Positions 9,313 through 20,862 of a DNA stretch of 64,000 nucleotides are shown one piece after another. Made by a program: the position numbers and the translations under genes. The DNA comes from Spirochaetia bacterium (lineage in GTDB: Bacteria > Spirochaetota > Spirochaetia > SZUA-6 > Bin103): positions 2,400,001 to 2,464,000 of the forward strand of contig OZ241863.1 of NCBI GenBank assembly GCA_965203055.1, in the 5' to 3' direction. The notes under the pieces were generated by a model. That model did not search any database and was not told the origin of the DNA. It worked only from the letters and a program-made list of their open reading frames with translations. Position 1 is the stretch's first letter. Each line of letters begins with the position of its first letter.

Positions 9313-10046
9313 TGGCCGTTGCACCGCGCCTCCATGGCGGGCGGCGCGCGCCGCCCGAGCCGGCGCCGCGGCCCGAAGTTGCCGCGCCGGCCTGCAACCT
9401 GCTGGTCCTGGGCCCGCCCGGGGCCGGCAAGGGGACGGTGGCCGAGCTGCTGTGCGCCGATCTGGCGATCCCGCACGTGTCGACCGGTGACATGTTCCGC
9501 GCCGCCATCAGCGCCGGCACCGAACTTGGCCGCCAGGTCGCCGAGACCATCGACCGCGGCTCGCTGGTGGCCGACGAGTTGACCGTGGACCTGATCCGCG
9601 AGCGGTTGGCGGCGGCCGACGTGCGGGCCGGGTACTTGCTGGACGGCTTCCCGCGCACCGTCTCCCAGGCCGTCGCGCTGGAGCGGATCAGCAGCGTGCG
9701 TGCCGCCATCAACCTGGAGGTCACCGCCGAGCTGGCGGTGCGGCGCATCTCGGGGCGCCGGGTCTGCCTGCGCGACGGCGAGATCTTCCACCTCGAAAAT
9801 CATCCCCCCAGCGCCGCCGGGCGCTGCGACCGCTGCGGGAGCCGGTTGATCCAGCGCGGCGACGATCGCCCCGCGGCGGTGCGGCGCCGGCTGCAGGTGT
9901 ACGTGGAGCAGACCGCGCCGCTGGTGGCCTTCTACCGTGCCCGCGGCCTGCTGTTGCCGGTGGATGGCAGCATGGTCCCCGAGCAGGTGCGCGATCACAT
10001 CCTGGCCCATCTGCAGCGCGCGCCGGAGGCCGCGGCGCTCGGCTAG
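9312..10046 (+). CDS. adk: Adenylate kinase
   Basis: GPPGAGKGT, STGDMFR, LLDGFPRT, Cys-containing LID. Exact start uncertain. Confidence 0.93.
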   Translation: MAVAPRLHGGRRAPPEPAPRPEVAAPACNLLVLGPPGAGKGTVAELLCADLAIPHVSTGDMFRAAISAGTELGRQVAETIDRGSLVADELTVDLIRERLAAADVRAGYLLDGFPRTVSQAVALERISSVRAAINLEVTAELAVRRISGRRVCLRDGEIFHLENHPPSAAGRCDRCGSRLIQRGDDRPAAVRRRLQVYVEQTAPLVAFYRARGLLLPVDGSMVPEQVRDHILAHLQRAPEAAALG

Positions 10047-10984
10047 CTAAAGTCGGGTGATGACGGCTGCGGCGCCTCGGCGGCAAGGTCCGGGAAGTGC
10101 GCGGCAACCAGTTCCAGGACCGCGCCGCGGCGTACCAGCTCCCCGGCGAGCAGCTCGGCCAGCCGCTCCCGGTCCTGAAAGCCGGTCTCCAGGGCGGCCG
10201 CGAGCGCGGCCAGTCCGGCGTCGGGATCCGCCACCGCGGTGAGCAGGATCGCGGCGCGCTCGAACGCTAGCTCCGCCTGGCGCTCGTCCTCCGCCGGCAA
10301 CTGGTCCGCCGCGGCCGCGTAGATCTCCAACGCCGCTTCGAACCGCCCCCGCTGCCCCTCCACCTGCGCCAGCGCCAGCAGCGCCGCGGCGTCGTCCGGC
10401 GCCGCCTCCAGGTAGGCGCCGAGCACCGCGACCGCCTCCTCCGGCGGCCCGGTCTGCGCCAGCAGCAGCCCCAGGCGGTAGCGCGCCTCCTGATCATCGG
10501 GATCGTGGCGCAGCAGCGCGCGCAACTCGGCCGCCGCGGCCGGCAGCTCGGCCAGCGACCACAGCAGGATGGCGGAATTGTAGCGCGCCGTGATGTGTTC
10601 CGGCTGCGCCTTCAGCAGCGCGCGGTATGCGGCCAGCGCATCCCCCAGCCGGCCGCGGCGCTGATGACTGACGGCCTGCAGCTCCAGCGCCTGCGCGTTG
10701 CCGGGGTCGGCCGCGAGCAGCCGGCTCAGCTCCTCGCCGGCGCCGGCGGCGTCGCCCAGCTCCAGCAACGCCACCGCGAGATTGTAGCGCGCGGCCGCGG
10801 CTTCCGGGTCCAGGTCCAGGCTGCGCCGAAAGTAGTCGGCAGCCGGCTGCGCCTCGCCCAGGTTCAGGTAGCCGGTGCCCAGGTTGAAGTACTCCACGGC
10901 GAGCTCGCGGTTCAGGTCGGAGGCGCAGCCGGCGCCGAGCAACAGCACGGCGGCGGCGGCGCTGCACACCGCGGCGCGGTACAC
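10043..10984 (-). CDS. TPR-repeat lipoprotein
   Basis: Lipobox LLLGAGC; several TPR units (YFNLG, ARYNLA, ARYRLG). Start uncertain (10984-11020). Confidence 0.8.
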   Translation of the reverse strand: MYRAAVCSAAAAVLLLGAGCASDLNRELAVEYFNLGTGYLNLGEAQPAADYFRRSLDLDPEAAAARYNLAVALLELGDAAGAGEELSRLLAADPGNAQALELQAVSHQRRGRLGDALAAYRALLKAQPEHITARYNSAILLWSLAELPAAAAELRALLRHDPDDQEARYRLGLLLAQTGPPEEAVAVLGAYLEAAPDDAAALLALAQVEGQRGRFEAALEIYAAAADQLPAEDERQAELAFERAAILLTAVADPDAGLAALAAALETGFQDRERLAELLAGELVRRGAVLELVAAHFPDLAAEAPQPSSPDFS

Positions 10985-10997
10985 TGTGACCGTCACC

Positions 10998-11276
10998 ATG
11001 AGTACTTGCACCCGCGCCATCCTCGTGGCCGCGGCGCTGCTGGCCGCCGGCGCCTGCGGCGCGCGCGGCGCCGGCGACGGCAGCGCCGCCGAGTCGGGCC
11101 GCTACCGGGAGTCACCGATGTTGCGGGAGCGGGTGGAGGCCGGCGAGCTGCCGCCGGTGGAGGAGCGCCTGCCGGACGAGCCGCTGGTGGTGGAGGTGCC
11201 GGAAGTGGGAGAGTACGGCGGCGCCGTGGGCGGCGGGCGCGTGATCCAGAGCGACCAATGGCGCCCCACCCGTTAG
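10998..11276 (+). pseudogene. N-terminal stub of ABC transporter substrate-binding lipoprotein
   Basis: Lipoprotein signal, then YRESPMLRERVEAGELPPVEERLPDEPLVV...GEYGG (family-5 SBP N-terminus); stops at 92 aa. Confidence 0.7.
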
Positions 11277-11277
11277 C

Positions 11278-12290
11278 TCAGACCTGATCGCCAACTCCGA
11301 CGAGCACCTGGCGGCCGCTCCGGCCCGACTCCAACAGCGCGTCGAGGACCCCCAGCACCTGCAGGTTGCGCCGGGCGCTGGTTTCCGGCTCCGGGCCGCC
11401 GCCGATCCAGTCGGCGAACCCGGCCGCCACCTGCTGGTCCAGCGTCAGGGCCGGGGCGGGATCGATCGCCTGCGGCTGCCACTCCGCGCTCGCCGGGGTC
11501 GCCGCCTCTAGCAGCTCGGCGCCGCCGAAGGAGCGCGAGTTGCGGTAGCGGAGGGCGCCGCGTTCGCACTCCACGCGCAGTTCGAGACTGTTGATCCGGG
11601 CATCCGAGGTGGACACCAGCGCCACGCGGCACCCGCTGCGCAGCGTCAACTCGGCGGTGGCGGTAGACTCCCGCCGCCAGGCGGTGGCCGGCGGGCGGTA
11701 GGAATGACCGTTCACCGCGGCGACCGGCTCCCCCATCATTGCCAGCAGACTATCGACTTCATGCACCGTCATCTGCCAGAGCTGGGAGTGCGGCGAGTCG
11801 GGGTACTCGCCGCCGCGCGCCTTGTAGGAGAGCAGATGACCCACCTGGGGTTGGCCCCAGCGGCGCTCCCGCAGCAGCCGGCGCACGGTGCGCTGGCCGG
11901 GCAGGTAGCGCCACTGCTGGACCACCGCGATCTTGCGGGCGCGCTGCGCGGCCAACGCCAGCAGCCGGCGCGCGCTCGCCAGAGTAAGGGTGAACGGCTT
12001 CTCCACCAGCACGTGCGCGCCCGCCGCCAACGCCTGTTCCACCAGTTCCTCGTGGGTGCGCGCCCAGGTCGCCACCACCACCGCGTCGCAGGAGCCGGCG
12101 GCCAGCGCCGCGCCGAGCGAGCCGTAGGCCAGTTCCGGCGCCAGCCCCTCCTCGGCGCACAGTCGGCGCAGGCGTTCGGCATCGAGGTCGACGACGCCGG
12201 CCACGTCGTAGCGCTCCGGCAGCGCCCGCAGGCTGCGCACGTGGGCGCGCCCGCGGCCGGCGCCCACGATGAGGGTGCGAAGCCGCTGCA

Positions 12291-12291
<1 letters not shown>
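11278..12291 (-). CDS. Gfo/Idh/MocA oxidoreductase
   Basis: IVGAGRG Rossmann motif, HVLVEKPF. Confidence 0.9.
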
Positions 12292-15709
<3,418 letters not shown>

Positions 15710-15832
15710 CAGCTTCGTAACTCCCGCGTGCGCTCCGCGCAGCCCAATTTGATCGTGACCTTGGACTGCCCGCCTGTCAAGCCAACCGACAGCGTTACAC
15801 CGTTCGATCATGCTATGCTAGGGCCACCACGC

Positions 15833-16828
15833 ATGCCGGGCGACCTGCACCAGCCGCATGACAGTCTGTTTCGCAAGGTGTTCTCCGAGCCGGCCGAAGC
15901 GGCTGGCTTGCTGCGCACCTGCGTGCCCCCATGGCTCGCCGGTACGCTGGACTGGTCCAGCTTGACCCTGATGAACGCCAGCTACGTGGACGACGACCTG
16001 CGGGCCAGCGAGTCTGACCTGCTGTACGCCGTCGAGCAGCGCCCAGGAGCCACGGAGCCGGGAGAGGCGCGGCGTTCGCTCCGGCTCTATCTGCTGTTCG
16101 AGCATCAATCGATGCCGGACCGGTTGATGCGCTTCCGGCTGCTCAAGTACTGCTGCCGCATCTGGGATGATTTCTTGCGCTCCGACGAAGCGAAGGGGAC
16201 GCCGGACTTGCCGCCGATCGTGCCACTGGTGTTCTATCAAGGTAAGTCCCGCTGGCACCATGCGACCCAGTTCAGCGACTTGTTTGCGGAACCGGTCCGG
16301 CGCTGGCCCTGGACGCCGCAGTTCACGCACCTGCTGGTGGACCAGTCGCGGATCGGCGTGGAAGCGGTACCCGGCGAAACCTTGGGCCGGGCCGCGCAGC
16401 TTGCGCTGATGGCGGCGGCGCGCCGCGAAGTGGGGGCGGCGCTGGCGCGGGCGGTGCAGCTCATGGGAGAGTTGGGCCGGGCGGGTCAGAGCGAACGGTT
16501 CCGGCCGGTGGTGTTCTACGTGCTCCACACCCAGGATAAGGAGACGTTGCGGGAGTTCGAAGCGGCGCTGCGGCGGGCAGTACGGGGACCAGGAGGAGAT
16601 TTGATGACGTATGCGGAGGAGCTGATCCAGGAAGGCCGGCAGGAAGGCCGGCAGGAAGGCCGGCAGGAGGGCCGGCAGGAAGGCCGGCAGGAAGGCCAAG
16701 TAGTCACGATCGAGAGTTTTCTGCGCGCCGGCGTCGGCTGGCCAATCATCAAGCAGGCCACCGGCATCGACCAGGAGGAGTTCGAGTTGCTCCGCCGCCG
16801 GAACCACGGGTCAGATCGGGAGTCCTGA
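15833..16828 (+). CDS. Rpn/YhgA-like (Transposase_31) PD-(D/E)XK nuclease
   Basis: HDSLFRKVF, SDLLY, LLFEHQS, MRFRLLKY, LPPIVPLVFYQG, QEGR repeats. Confidence 0.92.
   Translation: MPGDLHQPHDSLFRKVFSEPAEAAGLLRTCVPPWLAGTLDWSSLTLMNASYVDDDLRASESDLLYAVEQRPGATEPGEARRSLRLYLLFEHQSMPDRLMRFRLLKYCCRIWDDFLRSDEAKGTPDLPPIVPLVFYQGKSRWHHATQFSDLFAEPVRRWPWTPQFTHLLVDQSRIGVEAVPGETLGRAAQLALMAAARREVGAALARAVQLMGELGRAGQSERFRPVVFYVLHTQDKETLREFEAALRRAVRGPGGDLMTYAEELIQEGRQEGRQEGRQEGRQEGRQEGQVVTIESFLRAGVGWPIIKQATGIDQEEFELLRRRNHGSDRES
16604..16828 (+). CDS. Putative intragenic small Rpn antitoxin (RpnS-like), 74 aa
   Basis: AGGAGGAG at 16591-16598 before in-frame ATG 16604 (MTYAEELIQEG). Confidence 0.7.
   Translation: MTYAEELIQEGRQEGRQEGRQEGRQEGRQEGQVVTIESFLRAGVGWPIIKQATGIDQEEFELLRRRNHGSDRES
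16628..16697 (+). repeat. 12-bp coding tandem repeat CAGGAAGGCCGG, 5 full units plus a partial
   Basis: Seen directly; encodes (QEGR)n. Confidence 0.95.
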
Positions 16829-16932
16829 TTCAGTTCAGCCACACCCCACTGGTCGTTCAGTAGCGCGACAATCAGGGTGAGAAGCGGCGGGCGGCGTGGC
16901 CGCTTCGCTACCGGGGCGCTATGATTCGGGCC

Positions 16933-18762
16933 ATGCCTGCCACTACCCGCCCGCCCGCTGCCCGACCGCCCGCCGCGCGCGGCGCCATTCGGATCGACAC
17001 GCCGTTGCCGCCGCCGCCGTGGGCCGTCATGCAGCGCGCCTTGCTGCAAGCCCAGGCGCCGGCGCTGGAGGCGTTCTACGCCAAGTACTTCGACGAGCGC
17101 GGCTACCTGCGCTGCGTGCCGCGCTGGGGCGGCGACGACGGCGCCGACGATGCGGCCGAGAACTTCACCGGCTGGACCCTGCTGTACGCGCTCGGCGCCG
17201 ACCAAGTGGTGCTGGAGCGTTACCTGGCGGCGTGGGAAGGGCACCTGCGGCAATACACCGAAGCGCGCACCGTGGAGGTGGAGTTCGCCCGCGACGGCAT
17301 GTACTTCAAGGAGTTCCCGGTGATGTTCGACTGGGGACACAACGGCGAGGGGTTCAACGCCTTCTTCCTGCAGGGGTTGTGCACCCCGTACGACGCCGCC
17401 TTCCAGGCGCGAACGCGGCGCTACGCCGGCTTCTACCTGAACGAGGACCCGATCGCCGGGAACTACGACCCGCACCACCGGGTGATCCGCAGCATGTTCA
17501 ATGGCAGCCGCGGACCGCTGCTGCGCAAGGCCACCGCCCTGGACTGGGCCGGCGACCCGATCGAGATCGAGGGCCGCTTCAAGCCGGGTCACCGGGAGCG
17601 CAGCTACCGGCAGATGCTGGCCCACTTCGCCGAGTACACTGACGTCGTGGGCGATCATCCGCTCAACCTGCAGACCACCACGCTCGCGCTCAACGCCTAC
17701 CTGATCGCCGGCGAGGCCAAGTACCGCGCCTGGATCGTAGAGTACGTGGACGCCTGGCGCGAGCGGACCGCGGCCAACGGCGGCGTCATCCCTACCAACG
17801 TGGGCCTGGACGGGACGCTCGGCGGCGCCTGCGGCGGCCGCTGGTGGGGCGGCACCTACGGCTGGGGCTTCACCATCGACGACTATCTGAACCCGGGCCG
17901 CGGCGGGCGCATCCACCGGCATTCGTTCATCGAGCGGGCGCCGCTGGCGTTCGGCAACGCCCTGCTCGCCACCGGCGATCAGGCCTACGTGGACACTTGG
18001 CGCGGGGTGATCGAAGCGGTGAACGCCAACGCCAAGGTAGTCGCCGGGCAGACCCTCTATCCGCACTGCTACGGCGAGGAGGAGGGCCGACCCGGCTGGT
18101 ACAACTACACCCCGGAGCCGTACGCCAACGGCGCGCTGCCGGTGTGGTTCTGGTCGATGCGGGAGGCGGACAAGAAGCTGCTCGCCGGCCACGAGTGGCT
18201 CCGCTACCTGGACGGCGCCAACCCGGACTACCCCCTGACGGCGCTGCAGCAGGAGTTCGCCGAACTGCGCCGCCGCGGGCAGCGGCTGTGGGCCGACACC
18301 GGCACTCCCGACACGCGCATGTCGGACGACTCGATGGACGCCAACCCGGCGCTTACCACCGCCCTCACCCGCCTGATGCTGGGAGGCTGCGAGCCGCGCC
18401 ACTACGGCTTTCCGCTGCACTGCCGGCTGCGCTACTTCGATCCCGAACGGCGGCGCCCCGGCATCCCGCCGGGCGTGGCGGCCCTGGTGGACAGCATGTC
18501 GGCGACCGAAGTGGCGGTGACGCTGGTCAACCTGGACCAGGTGAACGGGCGCTCGATGGTGATGCAGGCCGGCGCCTACGGCGAACACCGCTTCGGCGAG
18601 GTGCGCGCCGACAACGCGGGCGCCGGCGCGGCGCGGGCGGCCGTCGACCAGCCGTGGGTGACCGTGCGCCTGGAGCCGGGCTGCGGGGCGCGCCTGGTAT
18701 GCGAGCAGCACCGCTACGCGGAGCGGCCCACCTTCACGTTCCCCTGGGACCGCGACGAGTAG
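16933..18762 (+). CDS. Conserved hypothetical protein (~609 aa)
   Basis: Strong codon bias; Trp/Gly/Asp-rich motifs (RWGGDDGADDAAENF, FDWGHNGEG). Function not recognised. Confidence 0.75.
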   Translation: MPATTRPPAARPPAARGAIRIDTPLPPPPWAVMQRALLQAQAPALEAFYAKYFDERGYLRCVPRWGGDDGADDAAENFTGWTLLYALGADQVVLERYLAAWEGHLRQYTEARTVEVEFARDGMYFKEFPVMFDWGHNGEGFNAFFLQGLCTPYDAAFQARTRRYAGFYLNEDPIAGNYDPHHRVIRSMFNGSRGPLLRKATALDWAGDPIEIEGRFKPGHRERSYRQMLAHFAEYTDVVGDHPLNLQTTTLALNAYLIAGEAKYRAWIVEYVDAWRERTAANGGVIPTNVGLDGTLGGACGGRWWGGTYGWGFTIDDYLNPGRGGRIHRHSFIERAPLAFGNALLATGDQAYVDTWRGVIEAVNANAKVVAGQTLYPHCYGEEEGRPGWYNYTPEPYANGALPVWFWSMREADKKLLAGHEWLRYLDGANPDYPLTALQQEFAELRRRGQRLWADTGTPDTRMSDDSMDANPALTTALTRLMLGGCEPRHYGFPLHCRLRYFDPERRRPGIPPGVAALVDSMSATEVAVTLVNLDQVNGRSMVMQAGAYGEHRFGEVRADNAGAGAARAAVDQPWVTVRLEPGCGARLVCEQHRYAERPTFTFPWDRDE

Positions 18763-19003
18763 CCGCGCTGCCGCTCACGGCAGGGTCGTGACGGTAGCTG
18801 AAGTCGATCCGAAAGGTGCGAAACGAATCGATGTAGGCGTGTTGCACTTCGCCGATCTCGCGGCACAGCTCACCCAACGTCAGGCTGCCGGCCGCCGGCC
18901 GAAAGCCAAGGTCCGCATCGGCCAACACCGCCAGAAGCTGCCGCCGCAACTCCTGCGTCGCGCTCAGCACTTCCCACTCCTCCCGCATGAACCCGGTCAT
19001 CAC
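18734..19003 (-). pseudogene. DinB-like protein, C-terminally truncated
   Basis: LADADLGFRP..SLTLGELCREIGEVQHAYIDSF resembles a DinB N-half; only 89 aa and runs into the convergent gene. Confidence 0.6.
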
Positions 19004-19014
19004 CTACTCCCGAA

Positions 19015-19779
19015 TTAACGGCCGCCGCGAATAAACCCGTGCGAATCAATGTTGGTATACTCATTGAACCTATGCAGTAACCCAGGCCAATCGAAAACAT
19101 TGAAGGGACGATGCCGGCGATGCTTTACATCGAAATGAAATCCGACCGGTAGCCCGAAGGTCAGCTTATTGTTCCGCCAAGCCGCCAGCCCGTGGCTGCC
19201 ATGGCGCGCAGTCCTGCTCGTAAATAGTAGTTGATTAGCGTCGCACCATCCCTCGTGCGTCCGATGTACGCTACGGAAACGGGCGATGGCTGACTTAATC
19301 GAGTCAAGACTGTCTCGTGCGGCCTCATGAACATTACGAGCACGATCCCAAATATTACTCACCGAAGATTCGGCCGAGAACGCAGTTTCGGGAAGCAACA
19401 GTGGCGAGGAAATACCAGGCCTGATTATCGCACGCCAGCACTCCTCAAAGGCCAGAATATCGTCAATGGCTACGTCGAAAGCAGGTTGTCCGTACTCTGC
19501 GGATAGGGTACGAGGTAGCCATACCGCTCGGTAGGACCTGGACTTCAACTCCAAGAACCCCGGACGTTGGTCCTCTCTGTCGTGGGATAGAATAAGATGA
19601 ACACCGTCCGCCGGCGCCTGATCCGCTACGTTCATGATGCGAGACCATACGCCCCGTAGATCGGCATATCTGTCTTGGGCGCCCGGGAATACTTCGATTT
19701 TCCACCCTGGTCGTTCGAACTTTGATTTTGCTCGGCGGTATACCGCAATCGGTATCCCGGCGACGACCGCAAAGGGCAT
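19015..19779 (-). CDS. Hypothetical protein (lower-GC cassette, gene 2)
   Basis: 254-aa ORF, atypical codon use, 5 bp downstream of its partner; C-terminal SPLLLP...HG...GFHFDV...NIDSHG. Confidence 0.75.
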   Translation of the reverse strand: MPFAVVAGIPIAVYRRAKSKFERPGWKIEVFPGAQDRYADLRGVWSRIMNVADQAPADGVHLILSHDREDQRPGFLELKSRSYRAVWLPRTLSAEYGQPAFDVAIDDILAFEECWRAIIRPGISSPLLLPETAFSAESSVSNIWDRARNVHEAARDSLDSIKSAIARFRSVHRTHEGWCDANQLLFTSRTARHGSHGLAAWRNNKLTFGLPVGFHFDVKHRRHRPFNVFDWPGLLHRFNEYTNIDSHGFIRGGR

Positions 19780-19784
19780 GTTTA

Positions 19785-20564
19785 CTATTTCTGAAGATCG
19801 TCCAGCATTGCCTCAACGGCCCGAATCGGGACACGGAGTTCCCGAATTTCGTCATCATTCAGGAATGGTGTCAATAGTGCCAGCGTACGATGGGGGGACT
19901 TAGAGACATGCAATCGGCGAAACCACGCGTCGCGAGGAGTCACGTGGTGTTCGCCGGCCCACTGAATGACCTGCTCCTTGATTTTTCCTTCCTGTGCCGA
20001 GACCCACTTGTCCAGCAGTCCGCGGGTTGTAACCTCCCGTCGAAAGTCGGACAACGGGTTTGCCGAAAGCAATGAATCTCGCAACGGCTGTTGAGCTTCG
20101 GGCGGCAGCGTTCCGATGAACTCGTTCCGATAGGAAATCAGACGATCCAGAGTTTGACTGCTTACTTCGATCGACGGACCTTCCGCTCGATGTTCGGGCA
20201 GAAATCTGTCCTTTGCGGGAACATATACGAATGGGACCTTGGAGATTCTCGTAAACGCTTGATATACGTCGCTGCGCAATCCACGGGATCCTGACGACGA
20301 TAGCCCTCCATGACCCGGATCGCGAGCCCCGTCCAGGCCGATAACGACGTCGCTTCCCGGCCTGATTTCCACGTTCACACCGGGAACATCTGCTACAAGC
20401 CGGGAGAAGGATGTGCCTGATTTTGCTACGTACCCAGCCACGTCGAAACCGGCCGAGTAACCGGCTCTAACCATATGTTCTCGCAATTTGGCGCCGGGAA
20501 TCATCACTTGTTCTGCGCCAAGGTCTTGTAATGCTTCTTTGGTGAGTATCTTCCAATCCGTCAT
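19785..20564 (-). CDS. Hypothetical protein (lower-GC cassette, gene 1), possible N-terminal OST-HTH/LOTUS-like domain
   Basis: 259-aa ORF with GAGG upstream; IPGAKLREHM...GFDV..Y...GTSFSRLVADVPGV resembles OST-HTH. Confidence 0.7.
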   Translation of the reverse strand: MTDWKILTKEALQDLGAEQVMIPGAKLREHMVRAGYSAGFDVAGYVAKSGTSFSRLVADVPGVNVEIRPGSDVVIGLDGARDPGHGGLSSSGSRGLRSDVYQAFTRISKVPFVYVPAKDRFLPEHRAEGPSIEVSSQTLDRLISYRNEFIGTLPPEAQQPLRDSLLSANPLSDFRREVTTRGLLDKWVSAQEGKIKEQVIQWAGEHHVTPRDAWFRRLHVSKSPHRTLALLTPFLNDDEIRELRVPIRAVEAMLDDLQK

Positions 20565-20592
20565 CCTGGACCTCGATCGGACACTGAAGATG

Positions 20593-20625
20593 CAATGTGG
20601 GCTGACGAAACGTCAGCCCACATTG
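20593..20625. repeat. Perfect 15-bp inverted repeat
   Basis: CAATGTGGGCTGACG-AAA-CGTCAGCCCACATTG. Confidence 0.95.
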
Positions 20626-20778
20626 TGAAGCGGAAACAGCAACGCTTGCCTGATGAGCTGCTGGGACTTCGATGGACCGCTCGTGCTTAGGCACGGCAAG
20701 GATGCCTAAATGAGGGGGCCGTCCGGACAGCTCGAGGTTCCCCCGCACGAAATTGCCGATTGAAGGGGAATCAAAACG

Positions 20779-20807
20779 ATTATACGCATCGACAGGCAGA
20801 TTGTAAA
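20779..20807 (-). promoter_or_regulatory. Sigma70-type promoter for the two-gene cassette
   Basis: Minus-strand TTTACA-17 bp-TATAAT. Confidence 0.7.
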
Positions 20808-20862
20808 GCAGGTGGATCCGGCCGGCCGAGCAAGCCGGTGGTCTTGTCGATAGCTCGCTTGG

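Noticed and set aside
16628..16697. 12-bp tandem repeat as a CRISPR or non-coding VNTR
   Set aside because: It encodes the QEGR repeats typical of Rpn C-termini.
15833..16828. Rpn gene as an active transposon
   Set aside because: No terminal inverted repeats or target duplication seen; the family is not shown to transpose.
20467..20748. 93-aa ORF across the structured leader
   Set aside because: No RBS, overlaps the downstream gene out of frame, no recognisable motifs.
20600..20760. CTGATGAG, CTGACGA and GAAA motifs suggesting a hammerhead ribozyme
   Set aside because: I could not build stems II and III with a correctly placed NUH cleavage site.
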